Below, one piece after another: positions 40,253-49,114 of a DNA stretch of 64,000 bases (positions within the stretch are counted from its first letter, which is position 1; every line of letters begins with the position of its first letter). A program made the position numbers and the translations under genes. Location of the stretch: assembly GCA_024234735.1 (NCBI GenBank), contig JACKNV010000009.1, positions 75,162-139,161 on the forward strand, read 5' to 3'. Origin of the DNA: Pseudomonadales bacterium (lineage in GTDB: Bacteria > Pseudomonadota > Gammaproteobacteria > Pseudomonadales > Halieaceae). The notes beneath the pieces were generated by a model that saw only the letters and a list, made by a program, of their open reading frames with translations, was not told where the DNA came from and did no database searches.

Positions 40253-40675
40253 TTACATCACGCTCCAGATAGCCAGAACAAAGGCAGCCATAAATGCTGG
40301 TATGACCAACCCACCTATTTTCATCGCGGTATCCGTGGATTTCATACCTTCCATGTCGGAAACCAGAGCAAATTTGCGGCGTTTGAAAACAGCATATACG
40401 CAGACGATATTACAAATTATTGCCAACAGTGCGAAAATGATTTTGTACAGAAACAGGCCCGCCAGGTGGCTCTCATCAAGCATCATGGCCCCGGTAATGA
40501 ACACCGCTGTGAAAGCTGGTATTTCAATCCATATATCCGTTTTGTAATGCATCCTGGCGGCTTTTATGTATGACGCATCATCCCTCATTCCATCAAACTC
40601 AATCGCAAATTCCGCGCCCACCACGCCAATCCAGATGCCGAGCGCGATCAGGTGTATAACCAGAATCAGACTCAT
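40253..40675 (-). CDS. hypothetical membrane protein (4 TM)
   Basis: ORF track gives 40253-40735. Start moved to MSLILVIHLIALGIWIGVVG. No family recognised. Confidence 0.55.
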   Translation of the reverse strand: MSLILVIHLIALGIWIGVVGAEFAIEFDGMRDDASYIKAARMHYKTDIWIEIPAFTAVFITGAMMLDESHLAGLFLYKIIFALLAIICNIVCVYAVFKRRKFALVSDMEGMKSTDTAMKIGGLVIPAFMAAFVLAIWSVM

Positions 40676-40914
40676 CGTATGCCACTCGAGCAAGCAACGC
40701 ACCATGTAGCGTGACAGCCGGGACGGAGTGCACAAAGCAACCCCCGGCTACCTGATACTGCAACCTGTCTGCAATGCACTACTGCACCCTCGTTAACATT
40801 ACTTGCCATGACTCGTTTTTCTCCATCGCTTCAGCCAACGCGTTTGAGCCGAACTCTTTGAGTTTTTCGATGACGCGCAACCGATCTTCGGCCGGGCGAT
40901 GCTGCAACCTCTTG

Positions 40915-41754
40915 TCATGTTCCAGCATAGCCAAACTCCCTGACGCCCTTGCGCCAGAAAACAAGGCCGAAACATGCTGCAACCAACGGTACGGCGAGCC
41001 CGAATTCATCGGCAAACCATACCGTGGCGTCACCCGATTCCGTCATGGGAGAGAAGAATTTCTGCAGGAAGACGTTGTGGCTCATGTGAAAGGTCACGGC
41101 TGGCCACAGGCTATCTGATTTGTAGCGGATGTATGCCATCACACAGGACATCGACACGAGACAGACCGTGATTGCCACGATTTGAAAGGCCAAAGGGGTT
41201 GCGGTGTTGCCGTAAAAACCCAGAAACATGATAGGCCAGTGCCACATGGACCAAAGCAAACCGCTCAGCAACGCCACATGAGTGAAGCCGAGGTTCTCCG
41301 ACAGCGCCGGCACCAGAAGGCCCCGCCACCCGACCTCTTCGCCCAGGACGCCCGGCAGGAGCAGCACAAAACTTACAGTAGCAGTGAGAACAAACCGTAA
41401 CGCGATAATGGATTCATCGGACCACGACTCCAGCATATAACCGGCCCGTATCTCTTCCACAAAACTACTGCCGTACCAGCTCCCCGGGGAAAGACCCCAT
41501 ATCCCGACATATGCAATGGTTGAGTAGGCAAGCGGGATCAGATAGCTCTGACGCTGATACTTCCAGTTGCCCCAACGCCAACCAAGCGAGCTCAACTCAC
41601 GACCGCATACGAGACATGCACCAAAGGTCGCCAATCCGACGGTTAGCATCAACGGACTGGCACTTTGATACCGCAATAGCAACCAAACACCGAGCGGATA
41701 CAGGCCCGCCACGAACAGGATAAACGCCACGACAATACGCCAGGAACTATTCAA
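40915..41754 (-). CDS. CPBP family intramembrane glutamic endopeptidase (CAAX protease-like)
   Basis: 279 aa with a TTG start 2 nt after an attC R' box. EEVGWRG motif and a downstream H...H region. Confidence 0.8.
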   Translation of the reverse strand: MNSSWRIVVAFILFVAGLYPLGVWLLLRYQSASPLMLTVGLATFGACLVCGRELSSLGWRWGNWKYQRQSYLIPLAYSTIAYVGIWGLSPGSWYGSSFVEEIRAGYMLESWSDESIIALRFVLTATVSFVLLLPGVLGEEVGWRGLLVPALSENLGFTHVALLSGLLWSMWHWPIMFLGFYGNTATPLAFQIVAITVCLVSMSCVMAYIRYKSDSLWPAVTFHMSHNVFLQKFFSPMTESGDATVWFADEFGLAVPLVAACFGLVFWRKGVREFGYAGT

Positions 41755-41756
41755 TG

Positions 41757-41848
41757 ACTTAACCCGGAGCAGAGCTTGTTACAGGTGTACAACACCGGGC
41801 ACCTTCTGGCAGCCCGACCAAGGCACAGACGAGGCTCATTTGTTAAAC
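41757..41848 (-). repeat. attC site (92 bp)
   Basis: The minus strand runs from GTTTAAC-AAATGAGC to GCTCCGG-GTTAAGT. R'' overlaps the end of the upstream ORF. TTAAC..GAGC / GCTC..GTTAA pairing was checked by eye. Confidence 0.7.
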
Positions 41849-42090
41849 TCTGTAGGCTTTTCCAGCTCATAAATCGTTTCTGATATTTCTTCCAATCTGG
41901 CTGAATAGTAGGCCTGCGCATCGTATAACCCACGGTTGTAAAAATAGGCCCCTACTTCTTCGGCAAAAAAATCGATCAGGAACTGTGCATCAAAGGTGCC
42001 TATCTCCTGATCCAGTTCCTCTAGAAAATACAGCTTCACCTTCTGTACTATCTGGGTCTTTTCTTCGTCTGTAAATTGAAGCTTCTTCAT
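41836..42090 (-). CDS. DUF2164 family protein
   Basis: 84 aa. IGTFDAQFLIDFFAEEVGAYFYNRGLYDAQ is DUF2164-like. Confidence 0.7.
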   Translation of the reverse strand: MKKLQFTDEEKTQIVQKVKLYFLEELDQEIGTFDAQFLIDFFAEEVGAYFYNRGLYDAQAYYSARLEEISETIYELEKPTEFNK

Positions 42091-42214
42091 ACACTTAACC
42101 TACAGGTGCCAGGCATGCTGTTGCCCGGGTAATACCAGAACACCACAAAGCGGCAAGTAGATCCCTCCAGCCCAACATGTGGTAACAGCGGTAATCTGCA
42201 ACGTAACTGAATAT

Positions 42215-42583
42215 TTATAAGCAGGTTTTTGCGCGATTGATAACTGCCTGATGCTCAGGGCGAACTGGCATAACCTTGAATGGGCTGACATTTGCACCGC
42301 CGGTATTACCCTTTGGCACCAACCCGAACATTGTCTTTGTAGCGGCTCCGACTATACGAACCACCTGACCCGAAAACTCACCAATCCGAGAGTTTCTAAG
42401 CGCCCAGCGAAGCATGAGCACATGAGCTTTAACGTGCCAGAAAGTAGACTCCTGCCCAATGACATGGGCATTCTCATAGTGCTTGAACTCGAGATCGATA
42501 TCTTGCGCTGCACGCGCCTTTTCCGCCAATTCAATTTCCTTCAATACATATGGGGCTATGTTCTTCGAAAAAGCACCAAGCAT
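42215..42583 (-). CDS. DUF3703 family protein
   Basis: 122 aa. HVIGQESTFWHVKAHVLMLRWAL...GQVVRIVGAATKT is DUF3703-like. Confidence 0.65.
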   Translation of the reverse strand: MLGAFSKNIAPYVLKEIELAEKARAAQDIDLEFKHYENAHVIGQESTFWHVKAHVLMLRWALRNSRIGEFSGQVVRIVGAATKTMFGLVPKGNTGGANVSPFKVMPVRPEHQAVINRAKTCL

Positions 42584-42716
42584 CGTCTATCTCCGATATA
42601 CGCGTATACGTCGCGGGCCCAGGCGGATGAACCTGCCAGTAGTGAAATCTCACGCCGCAACATTGCCAGACAATGAAAATGATATTAACGGAATTCATGC
42701 CCTGCGCAAAAGCTTG

Positions 42717-43256
42717 TTAGCAGAGCATTTGCCACGCCGAATAGCCTGCCGTGAAAAATATCATCAGCGCAGTAGTATAAAAGCAGAGCGTGAACCCAAT
42801 GGCCCTCGATGGCGCTCCTTGTTTATAGCCGGCAAAAAAGAGAACACGCCCAACACCAAAGGCCATGGAGGCAATCGGCACCACAGATAGCCATTTAGCC
42901 GGCATCGTCACTGACCAGAAAACGTAGGCAAAGGTAGCCAATACCGTTTGCTCGAGGGTATTCTGTATAAGCGCCTGCAACAACCTTGCTTGCTCGGTGC
43001 CATTAGAAAGCCCGCCACCATCAATATCCTCTGGGGTAAAGAAACGATGCTTCGCCAGGCGACCAACCGAAACAACCAGAAATAGTATCGGGACCAAACA
43101 CCACAAGATAGCCGTGCTTAACCTCTCGAGTAATGGCATACCACCACTAAAACCAAACGGGTTCAGGTAAGCGCCAAATAACAGAATCGACAGCGCCAGT
43201 AAAAAGCCGATTATCATGCCCTTTAATACACCAAGCTGCTTGTTGCTCAAACTCAT
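42717..43256 (-). CDS. MAPEG family membrane protein
   Basis: 179 aa with 4 TM helices. RLAKHRFF...NTLEQ and GRVLFFAGY patterns. Confidence 0.65.
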   Translation of the reverse strand: MSLSNKQLGVLKGMIIGFLLALSILLFGAYLNPFGFSGGMPLLERLSTAILWCLVPILFLVVSVGRLAKHRFFTPEDIDGGGLSNGTEQARLLQALIQNTLEQTVLATFAYVFWSVTMPAKWLSVVPIASMAFGVGRVLFFAGYKQGAPSRAIGFTLCFYTTALMIFFTAGYSAWQMLC

Positions 43257-43312
43257 TGTTTTTCCTTGTGTCTTGCACCTGTCGCTCGCTGCAACATATT
43301 GTTATAACGCAC

Positions 43313-43660
43313 TTACATTTTGACCCCAAAGTAATTGAGCGCCAGGACCATTGCGAAGTAACTTATTATTGTTGCCGCAACAGATGCCGAAAGACTTAGA
43401 TAGAAGCCCCAGCCAAATTTCAGCAACAGTGGCAGCACGACGAACAGCACCAGAGATGGTAATACCAACCAAAAAACGCTGGTTGATAATGCGGAAACTT
43501 TTTCAATATCTTTTGTGTCGATGTATAGCCAGAACATGGCCAAAACCGAAACAAGTGGAACGGATGCCAAGATAGCCCCGATTAAAGAGCTACGTTTAGC
43601 CACCTCTGAAATTGCAACTATGAGAAGCGTTGTAACTGCTATTTTCAATACATAGTACAT
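43313..43660 (-). CDS. DUF3147 family membrane protein
   Basis: 115 aa with 4 TM helices. The N terminus YVLKIAVTTLLIVAISEVAKRSSLIGAILASVPL is typical. Confidence 0.65.
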   Translation of the reverse strand: MYYVLKIAVTTLLIVAISEVAKRSSLIGAILASVPLVSVLAMFWLYIDTKDIEKVSALSTSVFWLVLPSLVLFVVLPLLLKFGWGFYLSLSASVAATIISYFAMVLALNYFGVKM

Positions 43661-43686
43661 GATTATTTAAGCACTATCTCGATCGT

Positions 43687-43920
43687 CTAACGCCATGGTT
43701 TGGAGCTTTTCTCATTGCCATACTTGAATTGACCAGTTGCTTTGGCCATCAGCAATTGTCGATCTGTTCCAAGGCAGTTTGAGGCTTTAGCGGAAAACTT
43801 GGCAGCATCATTTCCCTTGAGCGTGGTAACTACCTTTCCCTTGTAGGATATCTGGACTACCCCGTTCTTTGATTCAGTAAAATCAAATGGACTGTCATCC
43901 AATTTTTTACTGCCCGTCAT
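43687..43920 (-). CDS. hypothetical protein (77 aa)
   Basis: ATGA overlap with the upstream rhodanese fragment. No family recognised. Confidence 0.45.
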   Translation of the reverse strand: MTGSKKLDDSPFDFTESKNGVVQISYKGKVVTTLKGNDAAKFSAKASNCLGTDRQLLMAKATGQFKYGNEKSSKPWR

Positions 43921-44156
43921 TTGTTTACACCAAACACCTGAAGCAGCGTTGCCCTGTTTACACGTCCCCGACTTGTATCCGAAGTCATGATTCTTTTAGG
44001 GATGTTGATTGCTGTGGGGATGTGTTCTATTTCATAGGCGTCTGGGGCACGAGCATCGATTACAATGACGTCGCCAACACTGCTCAATGATTCACTCAGA
44101 TCCCACGAATCGGTTTCGTACCGTAATTTTGTTTTATAGAATTCATGTTGCCTCAT
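43917..44156 (-). pseudogene. truncated rhodanese-domain gene (N-terminal half only)
   Basis: VIVIDARAPDAYEIEHIPTAINIP is the rhodanese N-terminal region. The active-site Cys loop is missing and the reading frame runs into unrelated sequence. Confidence 0.5.
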
Positions 44157-44178
44157 AAAAATCTCCCCTTCTTCTTAC

Positions 44179-44270
44179 ACATAACGCCGTGGTAAGGGGC
44201 AAATTGAACGGTGATTAATTGTCTCGCACAGGCCCGCAGGGCCAGATTGAAATTTACCACCTTCTTATGT
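44179..44270 (-). repeat. attC site (about 92 bp, degenerate R'')
   Basis: The minus strand runs from ACATAAG-AAGGTGGTAA to TTACCACGGC-GTTATGT. The GGTGGTAA/TTACCAC stem is present. R'' carries AAG instead of AAC. Confidence 0.55.
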
Positions 44271-44558
44271 GTTGCTGCCATATTGATGCAGAACCTCGAC
44301 CACTTGCACTTGATAAGACCGATACCATCTAGATTTACCAAGTGATTGCGCCCGCTTATGCTCAGGGTTGTTTTTCCAGGCCTGGATACTTTCCCTATTC
44401 GGCCAATAGGAAATCGCTAATTCACTGTTGCCTTCGGTTGATGAGGTAAACTCGATGCAACCATATTCGTTAATGGCCAGCTCTCTCATCCGATTTGCCA
44501 TATCTGAATATGACTCATCAAGCTTTTTGATCTGGGCCCTGAAGATAACTGCGTACAT
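44265..44558 (-). CDS. antibiotic biosynthesis monooxygenase (ABM) family protein
   Basis: 97 aa. MYAVIFRAQI...GCIEF...ISYWPNRESIQAWKNNPEH is ABM/Dabb-fold like. Confidence 0.7.
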   Translation of the reverse strand: MYAVIFRAQIKKLDESYSDMANRMRELAINEYGCIEFTSSTEGNSELAISYWPNRESIQAWKNNPEHKRAQSLGKSRWYRSYQVQVVEVLHQYGSNT

Positions 44559-44673
44559 TGGTCACCAGGTTTTTTAGGAAAACGCCCAGCACTCGGGCTT
44601 GAATTGCGGAGCAATGAAACTTCGAGGCGACTTTTAACCTGTGCTACCGCTGCTTTTTAAGCATTCCACGCAA

Positions 44674-45123
44674 CTACACCTCCTCAAATTCGACTACAAC
44701 AGCCTTCTGCGATGCGACCAATAGATCGTTGTCGTCTAAACTGCCATCTGGGTTTACTCGAATTTCGTGATACGCGGCATCTTGCGGAAAGGCTGCTAGA
44801 TAATCCGTTAGAAGCTCACTAGTACGACCAGGATCTCTAGCCAGGACCCTGGCCTGATATGCCCCAGAGGAACCCGCGACCAGCAGGGTTACTTGAGGGT
44901 TTGCCTTGACATTGCGCCACCATTGCCCGTGGTCCGAAGTAAAACACCGAATAGAAACACCCCGACGGATGTAGCGCACAGGGGTTGAATAGGCCCTGCC
45001 CGATTTCCTGCCGGTGTATGTAATCAACAACACACTCCGACTCATTAGGGTATGAAATGGAGACTTTAGAAGCATTCCAACTACTATGTTGATTATCTTA
45101 AAAAGTGGCTCAGGAATTTTCAT
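44674..45123 (-). CDS. DUF385/deazaflavin-dependent nitroreductase-like protein
   Basis: ORF track gives 44674-45156. Start moved to MKIPEP, downstream of an R' box at 45139-45145. LLITYTGRKSGRAYSTPVRY...WWRNVKANP is typical of the family. Confidence 0.7.
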   Translation of the reverse strand: MKIPEPLFKIINIVVGMLLKSPFHTLMSRSVLLITYTGRKSGRAYSTPVRYIRRGVSIRCFTSDHGQWWRNVKANPQVTLLVAGSSGAYQARVLARDPGRTSELLTDYLAAFPQDAAYHEIRVNPDGSLDDNDLLVASQKAVVVEFEEV

Positions 45124-45261
45124 GGCTTCGAATGCGACACCTAACAGCCTCACCACAGGCTGACAATAGATTGTGACTGTTTCACCAAAATGCCGAAGGC
45201 ATGTAGAAAATACAAGCTCTTGGCAATCCTATCGCGCCTCGTTTATTGGGCGCAGAATATC

Positions 45262-45645
45262 TCACAGTGGTTCTTCTCCAACTATACAGAATCCATGACC
45301 AAATGGGTCACTACAAAACGCTACAGGAGGGTAACCAGAAATTCTGTGCTCCTCTTCCAATTTTGCACCTGCTGCCAACGCTTTTTTAAGTGTCTCTTCG
45401 AAATCTTTGACGCGGAAATCAATATGCACAGGGGTCCAGTGTCGTTTATATCTCCGAAGGTCATCACTGCCTCTAGCGGGGGAAGTACCCGCCGGTTTTG
45501 CAAGCAGACCAATGGTTGTCCCATCAGCAGAAAGAATGGCAAATCCAGGATGTGGACGCGATGTTTCAATAAAGCCAAAAGCCGCGCCAAAGAACTCCAA
45601 TCCTTCTTCGATAGTTGGAACATCTATCGATACTGTGACTATCAT
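45262..45645 (-). CDS. VOC (glyoxalase/bleomycin resistance) family protein
   Basis: ORF track gives 45262-45756. Start moved to MIVTVSIDV. Has beta-alpha-beta-beta-beta module pattern and C-terminal DPFGHGFCIV. Confidence 0.7.
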   Translation of the reverse strand: MIVTVSIDVPTIEEGLEFFGAAFGFIETSRPHPGFAILSADGTTIGLLAKPAGTSPARGSDDLRRYKRHWTPVHIDFRVKDFEETLKKALAAGAKLEEEHRISGYPPVAFCSDPFGHGFCIVGEEPL

Positions 45646-45876
45646 AATATCTTCGAAGTGGTTAACTGCACGCGGCCTAAAGCCACCTAATGATTCGACA
45701 ACCAGCGCGCGGTACGTGCGCCCGAGCGAAGGGGGCGAGCTGACAGTATTTATCAAGTGCCGTCATTGCCAGGCCCTGTTCGCATGAGTAGTTGGTATAT
45801 GAACTTGCCATACTAGAGATAGCACGCCAGGTATTCTCACTACCAATCAGATAGCGTTTTGTTTCCTGACTGAACT

Positions 45877-45933
45877 ACCTAACGCCTTGCCCACAGCGCC
45901 GCTTGCGCCGTCCGAAGCGGCAATTGGTTAAAT
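45877..45933 (-). repeat. attC site (57 bp)
   Basis: The minus strand reads ATTTAAC-CAATTGCCGCTTCGGACGGCGCAAGCGGCGCTGTGGGCAAGGC-GTTAGGT. R'' contains the stop codon of the upstream cassette ORF. Inner stem is GCCGCTT/AAGCGGC. Confidence 0.75.
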
Positions 45934-46167
45934 GTCATTATCTTCTTCCTTTAGGACCATGCTTACAAGTCTATGAACCAACGGCGAAACTACAATTATT
46001 GTTGGGAATGCGATAACAAACGCGAAAGCCCAGGCTTTTAACCATATATGAATAATATTGCTGACCAAGCCAACATTAAAAATACTTATCACTAAAGACA
46101 TGATGCATGACATTAGCAATGACATAAAAAATGAAAATACGATTCTATGATGTTTGCGATCAATCAT
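45928..46167 (-). CDS. DUF2798 family membrane protein
   Basis: 79 aa with two TM helices. IVFSFFMSLLMSCIMSLVIS...WLKAWAFAFVIAFP is typical. Confidence 0.7.
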   Translation of the reverse strand: MIDRKHHRIVFSFFMSLLMSCIMSLVISIFNVGLVSNIIHIWLKAWAFAFVIAFPTIIVVSPLVHRLVSMVLKEEDNDI

Positions 46168-46195
46168 TTACATCAATTCTCTACGATATCGTGCC

Positions 46196-46291
46196 ATTTA
46201 ACACCGCATTATCGGGTGCAAACGAAGGGAGCATCCCAGCCGGTTCTCCGGCGACATAAATGCCTTATTATGCGGCGCATATGGGTTATAT
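46196..46291 (-). repeat. attC site (about 96 bp)
   Basis: The minus strand runs from ATATAAC-CCATATGCGCCGCATAAT to ATAATGCGGT-GTTAAAT. CCGCATAAT / ATAATGCGG pairing is present. Confidence 0.6.
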
Positions 46292-46305
46292 AGCTACCAG
46301 TTCCC

Positions 46306-46530
46306 TCAATACAGCCGCCTCTTCTCGTCGTCGCTGATCACCACTTCAACTGCCTCAAGTGGAGCGGGAACTTTTCCGTTAGCAGCCATGCTTTCAAGTA
46401 GCGGGGCATCACGCACAACCTCTGCCCTGCCACTAATGCGGAGAGTCTCTCGTTTTCCTGGAACCAAAAAATCAAACCTAAATCGCGCGGACTGAATCAG
46501 TCGTCTAGTAGTGGATTGTAATAGGCACAT
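46306..46530 (-). pseudogene. C-terminal fragment of a PNPOx-like (pyridoxamine 5'-phosphate oxidase family) cassette gene
   Basis: Only about 60 residues (FDFLVPGKRETLRISGRAEVVRDAPLLESMAANGKVP) remain from a family that is usually about 150 aa. It abuts and overlaps the VOC ORF with no attC between them. Confidence 0.55.
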
Positions 46531-46883
46531 AGCTTGTTACCATCGAGGTCACGACAGTAGCCGAACGATGCCCCGTTTCCCCTTTCGCCAAAATTACCTT
46601 CATTGGTACCACCAAGTTCCAGTGCTTTAGCATGAAATGCCGCCGCTTCTTCTTCGGTGTCAAACCCGAAACCGCACATCGTGCCGTTGCCGACGGTAGC
46701 TGCACATTCGTCGCGTGGATTGAGCACGCCAAACATTTCGTTACCACTGCGGTAGATCCGCCCTCCACGCGGTGTCTCAAAAAATGCCGTCCATCCCGCG
46801 AAACCCAACAATTCATCGTAGAATTCCAGAGCCTTTTCCATGTCGTTAGTGCCAACTGTGAAGTACCCAAGTCTGCTAGCCAT
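46497..46883 (-). CDS. VOC (glyoxalase) family protein
   Basis: 128 aa. LGYFTVGTNDMEKALEFYDELLGF...CRDLDGNKL is VOC-like. Confidence 0.75.
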   Translation of the reverse strand: MASRLGYFTVGTNDMEKALEFYDELLGFAGWTAFFETPRGGRIYRSGNEMFGVLNPRDECAATVGNGTMCGFGFDTEEEAAAFHAKALELGGTNEGNFGERGNGASFGYCRDLDGNKLCAYYNPLLDD

Positions 46884-47000
46884 TATTTCCCCCTCTTATA
46901 GAAAACTATTAGGCCATGGACCGTCAGCTACGATCAAAGGCCGATGTTACAAATCAGGTTCTCGAACGCTTTTCTGGATGAATACTCGATACCAACGACC

Positions 47001-47216
47001 TCATAACGCCTTGGCACCGGCGCCGTTTATGGCGTCCGCGTGCTTCGACTTGTTAGCTGATCTGCCTAGTAAATATAGAACCGCACCTGCCCCCATGAAC
47101 AGTGTCATAACAGCAAACCCAGAAAGGTAATCTCTAAAGGCGTTTAAACTTTCTGTATCCATAACTTCAGCTATTTCAGGAGAACATTTTATTGAGAGGA
47201 TTGAGATAACAACCAA
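47001..47216 (-). CDS. hypothetical small membrane protein, possibly 5'-truncated by the IS
   Basis: TTG start 11 nt from the IS end and one TM helix. Weak evidence. Confidence 0.25.
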   Translation of the reverse strand: MVVISILSIKCSPEIAEVMDTESLNAFRDYLSGFAVMTLFMGAGAVLYLLGRSANKSKHADAINGAGAKAL

Positions 47217-47255
47217 TATATTAAATGTGAACTGGCACCACTTTTGTGGACACTT

Positions 47256-48110
47256 TCAGGCGCATAGTAGCGCCACCTCTTCGGGCGATTGATACCCGAT
47301 CTGGGAGTGCAAACGCTCCCTGTTGTAGAACTCAATATACTCAACAATCTTAGCGGTCGCTTCAATTCGATCCCTGAAGGAGACCTGGTGAACGAGTTCC
47401 GCTTTCAGGGTGTGGAAGTAGGATTCCACCGAGGCATTGTCCAGTGGATTCCCCTTCCTGCTCATGCTGCGTGTCAGGCCGGATTCCTCGACCAGTTCAC
47501 GGTAGTCGTGTGCTGCGTATTCAATCCCCTGGTCGGAGTGGAAGATACAGCCATCGCTGACCTTCTCTCGTGACAGGGCCATACGCAGCGCACTCATGGC
47601 AAATTCGGCACTGCGCTGCCTGGCAAACGACCAACCCACGACCTTGCGACTGTACAGATCCAGCACCACCGCGTGATACAGCCAGCCCTTGCCAGTCCGG
47701 ATATAGGTGAAGTCACCCGCCCACAGGACACCCGGAGTCTCAGGGGCCGATTCCCGACCCAGCACATTGCCCGTGGAAGAGTAGAACTCATGCAGGCCTG
47801 GCCGCCATTGATACAGGCCACGGGTCGAGGCTTGCCGACCCATTTCGCGCATCAGGCGCTGCACGCGCCGGCGACTGCAGGAATAGCCCAATCTGCGCAG
47901 GTCCTGGTGCAGCCGTGCTGCACCGTAGGCCCGACGGAAACCCTGGTGACGCTCGTCAATCACGGTCTTTAGCTCCTGGTCGTAGACCCGGCGCGCGCTG
48001 GTGGGCCGGGTCAACCACGCATAGAACCCGCTGGCCGATACCCCGAACAGATTGCACATGCGTCGCACTTTGTACTCATGACGGTTCTCCGCGATAAAAG
48101 CGAAGATCAC
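47256..48110 (-). CDS. IS3-family transposase OrfB (DDE/integrase core)
   Basis: 284 aa. DFTYIRTGKGWLYHAVVLDLYSRKVVGWS...HSDQGIEY...SRKGNPLDNASVESYFHTLKAE carries the DDE motifs. Confidence 0.9.
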   Translation of the reverse strand: MIFAFIAENRHEYKVRRMCNLFGVSASGFYAWLTRPTSARRVYDQELKTVIDERHQGFRRAYGAARLHQDLRRLGYSCSRRRVQRLMREMGRQASTRGLYQWRPGLHEFYSSTGNVLGRESAPETPGVLWAGDFTYIRTGKGWLYHAVVLDLYSRKVVGWSFARQRSAEFAMSALRMALSREKVSDGCIFHSDQGIEYAAHDYRELVEESGLTRSMSRKGNPLDNASVESYFHTLKAELVHQVSFRDRIEATAKIVEYIEFYNRERLHSQIGYQSPEEVALLCA

Positions 48111-48478
48111 TTGTTTCTTGTCTCGAAGAACCGTTGCGCCTTTTTTAGCAGTTCAAGTTCCTCATCGCGATTCTTCAGGGCTTTTTCCAACTGCTGAATT
48201 CGCTTCTGAGCCTTGAGTAACTCCGCGTCTTTCTCTACGCGGGGATCAGGCCTGCTGGCTTTGCGCTTCGGGGATGGTTTGGAAGGCTTCATGTGTTTGT
48301 TTTCCCTCAACTCACCTCGGCGGTGCTCCATGCACCATCGGTACAGCATGACGGGATGTAGCCCCAATGATTCTGCTACGTCCTTGGCCTTAACGCCAGG
48401 GTGGCTGGCCAACATAACGGCCTGAAGTTTGTAGGCCAGGGTATAACGATCGTAGTTACGCTTCCGGGTTTGCCCCAT
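48107..48478 (-). CDS. IS3-family transposase OrfA (HTH)
   Basis: 123 aa with an HTH N terminus and a leucine-zipper-like C terminus. It overlaps orfB by 4 nt, so a frameshift fusion is possible. Confidence 0.88.
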   Translation of the reverse strand: MGQTRKRNYDRYTLAYKLQAVMLASHPGVKAKDVAESLGLHPVMLYRWCMEHRRGELRENKHMKPSKPSPKRKASRPDPRVEKDAELLKAQKRIQQLEKALKNRDEELELLKKAQRFFETRNK

Positions 48479-48596
48479 GTCGCGGACCTCTTTGATAAAA
48501 CGGTTGATGACCGTCCATCAAAGTGGTGCTAGTTCACTGACCCGGCGAAGCTGCGGCAGTCCGAGGCAGCTTGCTGCCGGTGCGTGCCTAAGCTTG

Positions 48597-49058
48597 TTAT
48601 GTTGCAACTGTCTGCTCAACAATAGGTAGTAACCTAGAATCAATTACTGCAGCAGCTCGATGACCAATGCCAGCCATACATTCTGGGTCACTAGCAAAAT
48701 CAAAGAAAGTTTGAATAGAGTTTTGTTTCACCAACATGACAAAATCCCATTGTTCATCACTAGGGCCTATAAAGTAATCGCCACCCTCTCCAATAAAAAG
48801 CAAGCTACCACCAGATTGCTCTAGAAACGGCAGCGTATGATCTATATATTTTTGAAATGCTTCTTTTCCTGATATAGGTGATTCAGGCGACAATTCTGGA
48901 TTTTTGGAGTAGTCCGCTATTGCTCGAAAACGTAGTAAATTAAGCATAACGACCTCCCCAGAGATATTCCTCTGAAAAAGTTTTGTACCTGATTCTTGCG
49001 TAGGATCTAAATAATTCGATTTCATATTTTTAACTGCACTAATTTTTATAAGCAACAT
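48597..49058 (-). CDS. DUF1330 family protein
   Basis: 153 aa (alternative start ATG 49025). VVMLNLLRFR...FIGPSDEQWDFVMLVKQNSIQTFFDF is DUF1330-like. Confidence 0.7.
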   Translation of the reverse strand: MLLIKISAVKNMKSNYLDPTQESGTKLFQRNISGEVVMLNLLRFRAIADYSKNPELSPESPISGKEAFQKYIDHTLPFLEQSGGSLLFIGEGGDYFIGPSDEQWDFVMLVKQNSIQTFFDFASDPECMAGIGHRAAAVIDSRLLPIVEQTVAT

Positions 49059-49063
49059 AAAGC

Positions 49064-49114
49064 CGCCAACAAGGGCGCGCTATAAGCGCGCCCTGCTGCT
49101 TGGCCTTGTTACGC
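49064..49114 (-). repeat. attC site (about 51 bp)
   Basis: The minus strand reads GCGTAAC-AAGGCCAAGCAGCAGGGCGCGC-TTATA-GCGCGCCCTT-GTTGGCG. R'' contains the antitoxin stop codon. Confidence 0.65.

Larger units (their letters stand above)
47228..48536 (-). mobile_element. IS3-family insertion sequence
   Basis: Terminal inverted repeats are TGAACTGGCACCACTTTTGTGGAC (47228-) and TGAACTAGCACCACTTTGATGGAC (complement of -48536), matching at 21 of 24 positions, with TG...CA ends. Two overlapping transposase ORFs lie inside. No clean target duplication was seen. Confidence 0.85.

Noticed and set aside
40779-41033. 84-aa minus-strand ORF overlapping the 3' end of the CPBP protease gene
   Set aside because: The upstream two thirds overlap the well-supported CPBP ORF in another frame. 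Only a 49-codon tail (40779-40928) is free, and it has no RBS or recognisable family, so it is too weak to call.
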